NCBI RefSeq assembly: GCF_035761305.1
Contig: NZ_DASTRI010000001.1
Coordinates: 14,150 to 78,149, forward strand
From: Chitinophaga sp.
GTDB lineage: Bacteria > Bacteroidota > Bacteroidia > Chitinophagales > Chitinophagaceae
Reading direction: 5' to 3'
DNA length: 64,000 nucleotides
The translations under genes and the position numbers were made by a program. This document shows positions 1 through 8,050 of the stretch, piece by piece. The notes under the pieces are model-generated. The model did not search any database, had not been told where the DNA came from, and saw nothing but the letters and a program-made list of their open reading frames with translations. Each line of letters begins with the position of its first letter. Within the stretch, counting starts at the first letter, position 1.

Positions 1-964
1 TCATCATCATTACATGGGGCAGGGAGCGGCCTGTCATGGTAAGCAGCTCTATAACATTATCCAGGCTGGCGGAGTCTGACTGCCCTTCTTCTACGATGGG
101 CAGCAGCATGTCCAGCTCTTCCTTGGAGAAGTATTTGGTTGCAAAATCCCGCTCACCGGCACGCAGCCAGTTAAGGTTGCCCTTAAGGGTATTGATCTCA
201 CCATTATGCGCAATATAGCGGTAAGGGTGGGCCAGGCGCCAGCTGGGGAAGGTGTTGGTAGCAAAACGGGAGTGGATGAGGGCAAAGGCCGACACCATTT
301 TCTCGTCGCTCAGGTCGGGGTAGTAATGCCTTACCTGGTAGGTGGTAAGCTGTCCTTTATAAACGATGGTTTTGTAAGACAGGGAGCATATATAAAACAG
401 CGCCTTTTCTTTAGGCAGCGTGTTACGCACGGTTTTGGAAATGTAGTTGCGCAGCACGAACAGCTTACGCTCAAAGGTTTCGGCATCTGCTATATGATAA
501 GGGCAGGCAATAAATACCTGCTCAATTTCCGGTTCAACTGAAAGGGCGCTTTCACCTATACCATCGGGGCGTACCGGCACTTTGCGGTAACCCAGTATGT
601 CAAGTCCCAGCTTTTCTGCGGCGCGCGCAATGATCTCGCGGCACTCTTCGCGCCAGCGGGGCTCTTTGGGGAAAAAGATCTGGCCTACGCCGTACTTGCC
701 AAACTCCGGCAGCGCAATACCAATTTTCAGGCACTCGTCATAGAAAAATTCATGCGGCATCTGGATCAGGATACCGGCCCCGTCGCCGGTGGTGCGCTCA
801 CAACCGCAGGCACCGCGGTGCTCCATATTTTCCAGCATGGTCAGGGCGTCCCGCACGATCTGGTGTGACTTACAGCCCTTAATATGGGCCGTAAAACCAG
901 TACCGCAGGCGTCATGTTCAAATTCCGGACGATATAGGCCTTCCTGTTTTCTCACTTCAAGCAT
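1..964 (-). CDS. gltB: glutamate synthase large subunit, N-terminal glutamine amidotransferase part (partial, continues past window start)
   Basis: Own minus-strand translation from ATG at complement 962-964: MLEVRKQEGLYRPEFEHDACGTGFTAHIKG ... AFALIHSRFATNTFPSWRLAHPYRYIAHNGEINTLKG. This is the Ntn-type amidotransferase N-terminus typical of GltB. The frame stays open to position 1, so it is missing from the ORF track. Confidence 0.85.
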   Translation of the reverse strand, partial: MLEVRKQEGLYRPEFEHDACGTGFTAHIKGCKSHQIVRDALTMLENMEHRGACGCERTTGDGAGILIQMPHEFFYDECLKIGIALPEFGKYGVGQIFFPKEPRWREECREIIARAAEKLGLDILGYRKVPVRPDGIGESALSVEPEIEQVFIACPYHIADAETFERKLFVLRNYISKTVRNTLPKEKALFYICSLSYKTIVYKGQLTTYQVRHYYPDLSDEKMVSAFALIHSRFATNTFPSWRLAHPYRYIAHNGEINTLKGNLNWLRAGERDFATKYFSKEELDMLLPIVEEGQSDSASLDNVIELLTMTGRSLPHVMMM

Positions 965-1218
965 TCGTTTAAATTTTTGTATCGGGTACACTCTGCCTCC
1001 TAAGCCGTTGCTATCCGAGAGAGGTACTGTAATTGTTTCGGGAACGGTTTAAAGATACTAAAAGAACGCAGTATTTTTTATATAAACATTTGTTTATAAC
1101 CAAAAATTTAGAAAAAGTTAAAATTAAACTGAAAATTATTGAATTTAATGAAAAATTGAGCAGATGAAGCGCTTACACAAAAGTGCTAGTGGGGTTTTAA
1201 AACCGGGTTAAAATTCTA

Positions 1219-2145
1219 TTATGAAAGATAAGTATGATAGTTGGCAGCTATATTATTAAAACTTGTTTTACACTCCGCTACCAGGGGCGCATCCTGGATG
1301 TCGAGCGCAAAAACGGAGAGGTAGCAGGTAAGGTACAGGGCGGCAAAAAGGGCCAGGCGCAACAGAGTATCATCAAAACCCGGGTAGGCATCCCGGAAGC
1401 GGGGAAAGGCGGCGGGCGGCAAAAAGCTAACGGCAAAGGCCAGGTCTTTGGCGGGGTTGCCCAGGTGCACATCGCTCCAGTCAATAATGCCACACAGCTG
1501 CTGCCGGTGCTGCACCAGTATATTGCGGCTATACAGGTCGCCATGCACAATGGTGCGGCGGGCATTTACATCGGCCTGTGAAATAGCGGCAAACAGGGCT
1601 TCTGCAATGGCCGGGTCAAAATCAATTCCCAGGCTGCCGGTTACGTACAGGCTTTCCCGTATAATGCGGGTGCGTTTGGCAATATCCATACGGCCTATCT
1701 GGTCATTGGGAATAACAGCCTGTATTTCGGGCGTTACCGGAATGGTGTGCAGCCGATGGGCAAACTGCGCCATGGGCTGTGCCAGGGCAGCGCGTTCCGC
1801 ATCTGTCATATACAGGTTGGCGGCCATTTTGCCGGGCAGCATTTCGTAAGCAAAAAAGGGGAAGTTGTTGCCGAAGGTGCCGTTATACAATATATGCGGC
1901 ACGGGAACAGGCAGCAGCGGCGCCAGTAACGGTAACGCCCGTATTTCCAGCTGAATGAACGGAACGGCAAAGCTGCGCTTACAGAAACGGAATACCAGGC
2001 GTCCGTTTACGAGGAACAGCTCATTATCCCAGCCGCTGCCCAGTGTTTGCACGCTTTGTATGGTTAGCGCGGGAACAGCGGTTTGCAGCAGGCGCCGCAC
2101 CTTTTGCGGGTTTAATGCAACTTCGCTCTCCCACTGGCGTTTCAT
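1219..2145 (-). CDS. phosphotransferase enzyme family protein (aminoglycoside/choline kinase-like, APH fold)
   Basis: 308-aa ORF with the kinase-like catalytic motif HGDLYSRNILV and IDWSDVHLGNPAKDLA, typical of the APH family. Confidence 0.8.
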   Translation of the reverse strand: MKRQWESEVALNPQKVRRLLQTAVPALTIQSVQTLGSGWDNELFLVNGRLVFRFCKRSFAVPFIQLEIRALPLLAPLLPVPVPHILYNGTFGNNFPFFAYEMLPGKMAANLYMTDAERAALAQPMAQFAHRLHTIPVTPEIQAVIPNDQIGRMDIAKRTRIIRESLYVTGSLGIDFDPAIAEALFAAISQADVNARRTIVHGDLYSRNILVQHRQQLCGIIDWSDVHLGNPAKDLAFAVSFLPPAAFPRFRDAYPGFDDTLLRLALFAALYLTCYLSVFALDIQDAPLVAECKTSFNNIAANYHTYLS

Positions 2146-2157
2146 GCAGGCATTGTT

Positions 2158-3702
2158 TTAAGGAAATATAAAAATTGTTTTACCGTTCTGCATCCTGGTG
2201 CGCAGGGGATCGCTGGCAAAGCTTTCGTTCTGCAGGCGGTCCAGCGCGGTAACCACATATGTATAGGCATGGCCTTTCTGGTAGGTAATGTCCATAAACT
2301 GTGGGTCGGGCATCTGGGGCACCAGGCCCAGTATTTTCGTAGGGTCGTTCAGGTTTATTACATCCTGCCCTTCAAAGCGGTACAGCACATACTGCTGCGT
2401 GCGGTGCAGCGTATCATCATCTGACCAGTACAGCTGCAGGCCCGCCGGCCGCTCAAACGCATCTATAAAGTAGGGTGATTTGGGCGCCTGCTGCTGCCCC
2501 AGCCAGGGCATTAACGGGCGCAAGGCCGGGTAGCGGTACAGGTGGTTATGCAAAGTGTCTTCTATACCCAGGGGGTTGCCTTCAAACGATTTGTTGCTGT
2601 AAAAGATGCTGCCCTGTACGGTGTTAAGGGTACGGGCTTCTTCTATTTGCAGGGGCAGCTCATTGGGATTGCGCCATGCGGCATTGCTGTTAATGCGGTA
2701 CACGCCGTGGCCAATGTACACATGCCGGCCATAGCCATGCTGCGCCCACCAGTTCAGCAGCACCTCATAAGCTACCAGGCGGTGGCCGTGCTCCCAGTAC
2801 AGCTGCGGGGCTACATAATCAATCCAGCCGTTGCGCAGCCATTTCAGCACATCGGCATACAGGTCGTCGAAGTCGGTTTGGCCGCCGGAGGTGTAAGAGC
2901 CTTCGGGGTCTTTACTATGGTTGCGCCATACGCCAAAGGGGCTTACGCCGAATTTTACCCAGGGCTTGGTTGCTTTAATGGCCAGGCTAACCAGGTGTAT
3001 AACGGTATCTACATTCTGCCGGCGCCAGTCGTCGCGCATCATATCGTGCCCGTACAGGCGGTAGGAGCTGTTGTCCGGGAACTCTTTACCGGGAATGCGG
3101 TAGGGATAAAAATAATCGTCGAAATGTACGGCGTCAATATCATAACGCTTTACCACATCGGCCACCACCCGTGCTACGTACTCCCATACTTCAGGAATAC
3201 CGGGATCGAAATATTTCCGGTCGCCATAGGTCACAAACCACTGCGGGTGCAGGCGGGTAATGTGGTTGGGCGCCAGGCTGCTGCGCCTTACATTGAACAC
3301 GGCGCGGTAGGGATTAAACCAGGCATGAAACTCCATGCCGCGCTTATGCGCTTCCGCTACCATAAACTCCAGCGGGTCGTAGTACGGCATGGGGGCCTGC
3401 CCCTGGGTGCCGGTAAGGTATTCGGACCAGGGCTCAAAGGCGGAGGCATAGAAGGCATCGGCCGACGGCCGCACCTGCACTACCACGGCGTTCATACCAT
3501 TCCGCTGCTGCCGGTCCAGTATATCAATAAATTCCTGCTTTTGCTGTTCGGTGCTTAAACCCCTGCGGGAAGGCCAGTCTATATTTTCCACGGTGGCTAT
3601 CCATACGGCCCTGAGCTCCCGTTTCGGGGGCAGCTGTGCATATACCGAGCTTACCATACAGCACAGTAGCCCGATAGCTGCTGCCAGTTGCTTCACATTC
3701 AT
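2158..3702 (-). CDS. glycosyl hydrolase-like 10 (GHL10/DUF187, YngK-like) secreted protein
   Basis: 514-aa ORF with signal peptide MNVKQLAAAIGLLCCMVSSVYAQ. RAVWIATVENIDWPS and FHAWFNPYR motifs are characteristic of the GHL10 TIM-barrel family. Confidence 0.8.
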   Translation of the reverse strand: MNVKQLAAAIGLLCCMVSSVYAQLPPKRELRAVWIATVENIDWPSRRGLSTEQQKQEFIDILDRQQRNGMNAVVVQVRPSADAFYASAFEPWSEYLTGTQGQAPMPYYDPLEFMVAEAHKRGMEFHAWFNPYRAVFNVRRSSLAPNHITRLHPQWFVTYGDRKYFDPGIPEVWEYVARVVADVVKRYDIDAVHFDDYFYPYRIPGKEFPDNSSYRLYGHDMMRDDWRRQNVDTVIHLVSLAIKATKPWVKFGVSPFGVWRNHSKDPEGSYTSGGQTDFDDLYADVLKWLRNGWIDYVAPQLYWEHGHRLVAYEVLLNWWAQHGYGRHVYIGHGVYRINSNAAWRNPNELPLQIEEARTLNTVQGSIFYSNKSFEGNPLGIEDTLHNHLYRYPALRPLMPWLGQQQAPKSPYFIDAFERPAGLQLYWSDDDTLHRTQQYVLYRFEGQDVINLNDPTKILGLVPQMPDPQFMDITYQKGHAYTYVVTALDRLQNESFASDPLRTRMQNGKTIFIFP

Positions 3703-3775
3703 CTACAATGCGTTACTTTAAAATGCGTAAAGTGCGAAAATAAGTAACTATTTTGTTGGTACAATTTCCACGCTT

Positions 3776-4819
3776 ATGCAGCTCCATAACTTTTTACGCC
3801 ATGCCTGCAGCTTCAGCCTTTGCTGGTGGCTGCTTACAGGCCCCGCCCACGCACAAACCACCGGAAAAGATATTACGGCTGCGGCGCAGCAGTTTCTGCA
3901 AACCCTGAACGACAGCGCCCGGCAGCAGGCTGTTTTTGCCTGGGACAATGAAGAACGCTTTCACTGGAATTTTGTGCCCATGCCCCGCAAGGGCCTGCCA
4001 ATAAAGGCTATGAACGCGCAGCAGAAAGCCGCCGCCCTGCGCCTGTTGAAAACCAGCACCAGCGCAGAGGGTTACCGCAAAGCCACATCCATTATGGCTA
4101 TGGAAAATGTGCTGAAGGCGCTGGAAGACCGCGCCCCGGACGATCACTACCGCGATCCCACCAACTATTATTTCTCCATATTCGGCGCGCCCGGCAGCGG
4201 GCAGCAATGGGGCTGGCGGCTGGAGGGGCACCATGTATCGCTGAACTTTTCGGCCAACAACAACACCCTGGTGGCAGCCACCCCATCGTTCTTCGGCTCT
4301 AACCCGGGCATTGTGCCTTCGGGACCGGAAAAAGGCAGGCAGATATTAAAGCAGGAGGTGGCGCTGGCCTTTACGCTGCTGCACTCCCTTACCAGGGAGC
4401 AGCTGCAGCAGGCCATGATACAAACAACCGCGCCCCGGGAAATTATTACCGGCAACAAGCGCAAAGCCATGCTGCTTGACCCGCCGGGGCTTGCTTACAG
4501 CCAAATGAACCCTGAACAGCAGCAAATGCTGCAGCAGCTGGTAGCGGTGTATATAGACAATAACACCAAGCTGATGGCCGATATTTTACTGAAAGAAGTA
4601 ACCACCGCCGGCTGGAACAACATGCACTTTGCCTGGGCAGGCGCTACTGAGTGGGGCGGCGGGCATTATTACCGCATACAAAACCCGGCCATACTGATCG
4701 AGTATGATAATACCCAGAACAACGGCAACCACATACATACGGTGCTGCGCGACCTGAAGAATGACTTTGGGGAAGATGTGCTGCGGGAGCATTATGCCGC
4801 TGCGCACAGGAGCCATTAG
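3776..4819 (+). CDS. DUF3500 domain-containing secreted protein
   Basis: 347-aa ORF with a signal peptide ending AHAQ. EGHHVSLNF and YYRIQNPAILIEYDNTQNNGNHIHTVLRD match my memory of the DUF3500 family. Confidence 0.75.
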   Translation: MQLHNFLRHACSFSLCWWLLTGPAHAQTTGKDITAAAQQFLQTLNDSARQQAVFAWDNEERFHWNFVPMPRKGLPIKAMNAQQKAAALRLLKTSTSAEGYRKATSIMAMENVLKALEDRAPDDHYRDPTNYYFSIFGAPGSGQQWGWRLEGHHVSLNFSANNNTLVAATPSFFGSNPGIVPSGPEKGRQILKQEVALAFTLLHSLTREQLQQAMIQTTAPREIITGNKRKAMLLDPPGLAYSQMNPEQQQMLQQLVAVYIDNNTKLMADILLKEVTTAGWNNMHFAWAGATEWGGGHYYRIQNPAILIEYDNTQNNGNHIHTVLRDLKNDFGEDVLREHYAAAHRSH

Positions 4820-5175
4820 GAAATACAAGTAAGATGGTTGGAGCGGATAGTGGAAGTTTGGTTTGAAGGATGGAGGTTAGATGATGGAATCAGGAGGCAT
4901 GTGGCAGGCAGTAAAATGGCTGGAGGGCCCGGTAGCGGCCCAGCAGATAGCCTGGCCACCGGACTAATGGAACAGCAACCGTTTGTAAGGGCAGGAAGTG
5001 CAGTAGTAAAGCCGGGAAACAGGAAGCAGGATGATCGGGGCAGATGGTGGGTAGGAAAGATGTAGGGGTTTATGCAGGGGGGAGTAGTTGCGCAGCAATG
5101 GCGCAGCAATAGCCCCCTAGGGAAAACCCTGTTTTTCCGCAGTTGGGGTGCAATGGCGCAGGGGAAAAAGAGCCG

Positions 5176-5634
5176 TTATTTAACCACTTTTCTTGACAGG
5201 TAGGCGGAATAATCGGGCAGCAGCACATCATAATCCTGGTGCATGAGCGGAGAGGTAAGCAAAAAATCGGCGGTAGTGCGGTTGCAGGCCATGGGAATGT
5301 TCCATACCGCGCACAGGCGCAGCAGGGCTTTAATATCCGGGTCATGGGGCAGCGCCTCCATAGGGTCCCAGAAAAATATCACTACATCAATATTACCTTC
5401 GGCCACCATGCTGCCAATCTGCTGGTCGCCGCCCAGCGGGCCGCTCAGCATTTTACGCACCGGTACATCCAGCTGTTCTTCCAGCAGCCGGCCGGTGGTG
5501 CCGGTGGCATACAGTTCATGGCGGCTTAAAACGGTTTTGTTATATACGGCCCAGTCTATCAGCTCCCCCTTTTTATGATCGTGCGCAATGAGGGCCACAC
5601 GTTTGCGCGCCATCAGCGTTTTCTTAGATTGCAT
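5176..5634 (-). CDS. mgsA: methylglyoxal synthase
   Basis: 152-aa ORF: ALIAHDHKK...LYATGTTG...SGPLGGDQQIG...VIFFWDP...HDPDIKALLRL, the canonical MgsA motifs. Confidence 0.92.
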   Translation of the reverse strand: MQSKKTLMARKRVALIAHDHKKGELIDWAVYNKTVLSRHELYATGTTGRLLEEQLDVPVRKMLSGPLGGDQQIGSMVAEGNIDVVIFFWDPMEALPHDPDIKALLRLCAVWNIPMACNRTTADFLLTSPLMHQDYDVLLPDYSAYLSRKVVK

Positions 5635-5711
5635 AGTTGCTTTTTGTTATACAAAAATAGCGGAATTAAAATACCTTGCAATCCTACCGCATCCCATTTT
5701 TGCGTTGATTC

Positions 5712-5733
5712 TGATGTGCGGTTATTCACATCA
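5712..5733. promoter_or_regulatory. perfect 7-8-7 palindrome TGATGTG-N8-CACATCA containing a CRP-like core TGTGC-N6-TCACA (copy 1)
   Basis: Read directly. It lies in the 440-bp divergent mgsA/nifU intergenic region and belongs to a ~33-bp direct repeat (5700-5732 versus 5764-5796). Confidence 0.5.
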
Positions 5734-5752
5734 CCCGTTGCCGGTACCTACT

Positions 5753-5766
5753 GCAATAGCTATTGC
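5753..5766. promoter_or_regulatory. perfect 14-bp palindrome GCAATAGCTATTGC between the two CRP-like sites
   Basis: Read directly; operator-like dyad. Confidence 0.35.
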
Positions 5767-5777
5767 GTTGACCGCGC

Positions 5778-5795
5778 ATGTGCGGTTATTCACAT
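5778..5795. promoter_or_regulatory. CRP-like palindrome ATGTGCGGTTATTCACAT (copy 2), 64 bp from copy 1
   Basis: The core ATGTGCGGTTATTCACAT is identical to copy 1; only the flanks differ. Confidence 0.45.
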
Positions 5796-6044
5796 CCGGG
5801 CCGAAATATCCCAGCCGCTATTGCCTTAACAGGCAGGCGCCGCTGTTTGCATACAACAGCCGGCAGGCTGAGCTTGCCGGCGCACCGGGGCAGCCGGAAG
5901 GAATGCCCGTTTTTGTAATACCACGATGGATTTAAGGAACCTGCGCTGACTATTCTATACGAATATAACCTTTTGCCTATAACGCTATTGTAAAAATCAA
6001 TGAAATATCCGGAGCAGCGCTCCCACTTTCTGCCTGAAAGTTGC

Positions 6045-6052
6045 TACCTTTG
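6045..6052 (+). promoter_or_regulatory. Bacteroidota -7 promoter box TACCTTTG upstream of the nifU-like gene
   Basis: Matches the TAnnTTTG consensus; a TTG lies about 20 bp upstream and the ATG 22 nt downstream. Confidence 0.45.
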
Positions 6053-6074
6053 TACTGTTAAATAAGGTTAAAAA

Positions 6075-6671
6075 ATGATAAAAACAGGTAATCCCATCAT
6101 CAGCATTTATACGGAAATGACGCCCAACCCGGAAACAATGAAGTTTGTGGCCAACAAGCTGCTGTACCCCGGCAAAAGCATTGATTTCCCTGATGAGGCC
6201 AGCGCAAAACCCTCTCCCCTGGCTGTGGAACTGTTCAGCTTCCCGTTTATACGCGGGGTATTTATAATGGCCAATTTTATTACCCTTACCAAAACTCCTG
6301 AAACCGACTGGATGGATGTAATACCTTCCATTAAGGCGTTCCTGAAGGAATACCTGGAAGATAACCGCCCCATCATTAACGAGGAGGAAATAGCGGTAAC
6401 CAAAACTTCGGCCAGCAATGAAGTAAGTGCTGATGACAGTGACGTGGTAAAACGTATCAAGGAATTACTGGAGAATTATGTGAAGCCGGCTGTTGAAATG
6501 GACGGCGGCGCCATACAGTTCAAGGACTACCACGAAGGCACGGTAAAGCTGATGCTGCAGGGGTCCTGCTCCGGCTGCCCATCTTCCATGATCACCTTAA
6601 AGGCAGGTATTGAAGGCATGATGAAACGCATGATACCTGAGGTTAAGGAAGTAGTGGCGGAAGCAGAATAA
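6075..6671 (+). CDS. NifU/Nfu-type Fe-S cluster scaffold protein (Nfu_N plus NifU C-terminal domain)
   Basis: 198-aa ORF with the C-terminal CSGCPSSMITLKAGIE CxxC motif of the NifU-like domain. Confidence 0.85.
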   Translation: MIKTGNPIISIYTEMTPNPETMKFVANKLLYPGKSIDFPDEASAKPSPLAVELFSFPFIRGVFIMANFITLTKTPETDWMDVIPSIKAFLKEYLEDNRPIINEEEIAVTKTSASNEVSADDSDVVKRIKELLENYVKPAVEMDGGAIQFKDYHEGTVKLMLQGSCSGCPSSMITLKAGIEGMMKRMIPEVKEVVAEAE

Positions 6672-6707
6672 TAAGCCATAGTTGAGAAGAATGATAGTGT
6701 TAAAAGG

Positions 6708-6736
6708 AGCACAGTCTTAGTGACTGTGCTTTTTTA
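6708..6736 (+). terminator. intrinsic terminator after the nifU-like gene
   Basis: 9-bp stem AGCACAGTC/GACTGTGCT, 5-nt loop, followed by TTTTTT. Confidence 0.7.
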
Positions 6737-6748
6737 TTGCCACAATGT

Positions 6749-6756
6749 TACTTTTG
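6749..6756 (+). promoter_or_regulatory. -7 box TACTTTTG only 4 nt before the pnuC ATG (leaderless or near-leaderless mRNA)
   Basis: TAnnTTTG match read directly. Confidence 0.4.
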
Positions 6757-6760
6757 CACC

Positions 6761-7396
6761 ATGAATTTTCAGGCCATATACCAAAGCCTGCTGGATGGCA
6801 TTCATGCCATGAGCTGGCTGGAAATTATTGCTGCGCTGTTTGGCGCCATCAGTGTGGTATGCAGTAAACAGAACAGCATTTGGCTATACCCTACCGGGCT
6901 GGTAAGCACCGGCATATACGTGTACCTGTTATCCCGTGAACAGTTTCGCCTGTATGCAGAGGCTACGCTGAATGCCTATTACTTTGTGATGAGCGTGTAT
7001 GGCTGGTACCACTGGGCCCATAAAGACGCGCAGCAGCATACCACCGAAGTGGCCTGGGCTACGCGGCGGGAATGGCTGATAACGGCGCTGATAGCGCTGC
7101 TGGGATGGGGCCTGTTTTATGTGCTCCTGAAGAACTTTTCCAATTCGGACGTGCCGCTGATAGATGCTTTTGTATCTGCTACGGCCTGCGCAGGCATGTG
7201 GCTGCTGGCCCAGCGGAAAATAGAGAACTGGATTGTACTGAATGTTTCCAACCTGGTGGCGGTGCCGCTGCTGTTTCATAAAAAGCTGTACCCTACTGCC
7301 CTGCTCACTATTTTTCTGTTTATAGTGGCGGTAATGGGTTATTTTACCTGGAAGAAAATCTGGGAGGCACAGCAAAAAAATCCCCTGCATGTATAA
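6761..7396 (+). CDS. pnuC: nicotinamide riboside transporter PnuC
   Basis: Polytopic membrane ORF; WLEIIAALFGAISVVCSKQNSIWLYPTGLVSTGIYVYL and YGWYHW motifs are PnuC-like. Start placed at MNFQ (6761) downstream of the terminator and promoter box, not at the ORF-track 6737. Confidence 0.8.
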   Translation: MNFQAIYQSLLDGIHAMSWLEIIAALFGAISVVCSKQNSIWLYPTGLVSTGIYVYLLSREQFRLYAEATLNAYYFVMSVYGWYHWAHKDAQQHTTEVAWATRREWLITALIALLGWGLFYVLLKNFSNSDVPLIDAFVSATACAGMWLLAQRKIENWIVLNVSNLVAVPLLFHKKLYPTALLTIFLFIVAVMGYFTWKKIWEAQQKNPLHV

Positions 7397-7916
7397 GATA
7401 GTGGTACTGGGGCCGGAGTCAACCGGCAAAAGCACGCTGAGCGAAAAGCTGGCGGCACATTACAACACCGTGTGGGTGCCGGAATATGCACGGGCATATA
7501 TTGACGGGCTTAACCGCCCCTATGAGCAGGCAGACTTATTGCAGATTGCCCGCGGGCAGCTGCAGCTGGAAGATGAAAAGGCGCAGCAGGCCCGCCGGCT
7601 GCTGATTTGTGATACAGACTTGTATGTGATAAAGGTATGGAGCGAGCATAAGTACGGGCAGTGCGATCCGCAGATACTGGCACAGATTGCGGCCCGCCGT
7701 TACGACCTGTATTTACTTACCTATATAGATATTCCCTGGGAAAACGACCCGCAGCGGGAATACCCCGACCCGCAGATGCGGGAATATTTTTACCGGATAT
7801 ACCGCGATATTGTTGTGAACAGCGGCGTACCGTGGGCGGATATACGCGGCAGCTACGCCGAGCGGGAAGCGGGCGCCATGGCCGCGGTGAACCGGTTGAT
7901 GGAATGTAAAATGTAA
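7389..7916 (+). CDS. AAA-type ATPase related to the ribosylnicotinamide kinase domain of NadR
   Basis: P-loop VLGPESTGKST followed by VWVPEYARAYI; 8-nt overlap (ATGTATAA) with pnuC suggests translational coupling. The last codons (ECKM-stop) lie inside the heptamer repeat. Confidence 0.75.
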   Translation: MYKIVVLGPESTGKSTLSEKLAAHYNTVWVPEYARAYIDGLNRPYEQADLLQIARGQLQLEDEKAQQARRLLICDTDLYVIKVWSEHKYGQCDPQILAQIAARRYDLYLLTYIDIPWENDPQREYPDPQMREYFYRIYRDIVVNSGVPWADIRGSYAEREAGAMAAVNRLMECKM

Positions 7917-8050
7917 AATTTTAAATGTAAAATGTAAAAGTAGTAATGCGGTGTGTAATACGTATTACCGGTGTTTAACAGTCTTACTCGTATTTGCTAT
8001 TAAACACTGCCCCGTACTTTTACATTTTGCATTTAGTGTTTTACATTTTT
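7902..8050. repeat. ATGTAAA-heptamer palindromic element, copy A (arms 7902-7943 and 8015-8050, conserved core AATGCGGTGTGTAATA...)
   Basis: Left arm GAATGTAAAATGTAAAATTTTAAATGTAAAATGTAAAAGTA. The right arm is its imperfect reverse complement TACTTTTACATTTTGCATTTAGTGTTTTACATT. Confidence 0.85.

Noticed and set aside
2542-3558. 338-aa plus-strand ORF
   Set aside because: It is antisense to the GHL10 gene. The same reasoning applies to 9917-10705 (pepC), 19861-20655 (hydrolase), 23094-23831 (DUF6377), 36012-36839 (M16), 45653-46417 (OM barrel), 57877-58566 (yicC), 59143-59856 and 60326-60916 (TCS genes), and 61336-61929.
5010-5040. CAGGAAGCAGGA word reminiscent of the SRP RNA domain IV GGAAGCAGCC motif
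   Set aside because: The surrounding sequence does not form the conserved SRP helix 8 symmetric/asymmetric loops. No RNase P (GAGGAAAGUCC) or tmRNA signatures were seen anywhere in the window either.
4816-5109. ORFs of 75-97 aa on both strands in the DUF3500/mgsA spacer
   Set aside because: The translations are compositionally extreme (Pro/Ser/Cys/Thr-rich or Gly/Arg/Trp-rich) because of the strand asymmetry. They have no start context, so the interval is treated as non-coding.
6737-6760. Upstream extension of pnuC (MPQCYFCT...)
   Set aside because: The extension begins immediately after the T-run of the nifU terminator and contains the -7 promoter box; ATG 6761 is preferred.
7902-7943. Tandem ATGTAAA units considered as a CRISPR array or coding tandem repeat
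   Set aside because: The units are 7 bp with no spacers, the arrays are only 2-5 units long and are mirrored by an inverted arm, and no cas genes are present. They are classified as REP/MITE-like palindromes instead.
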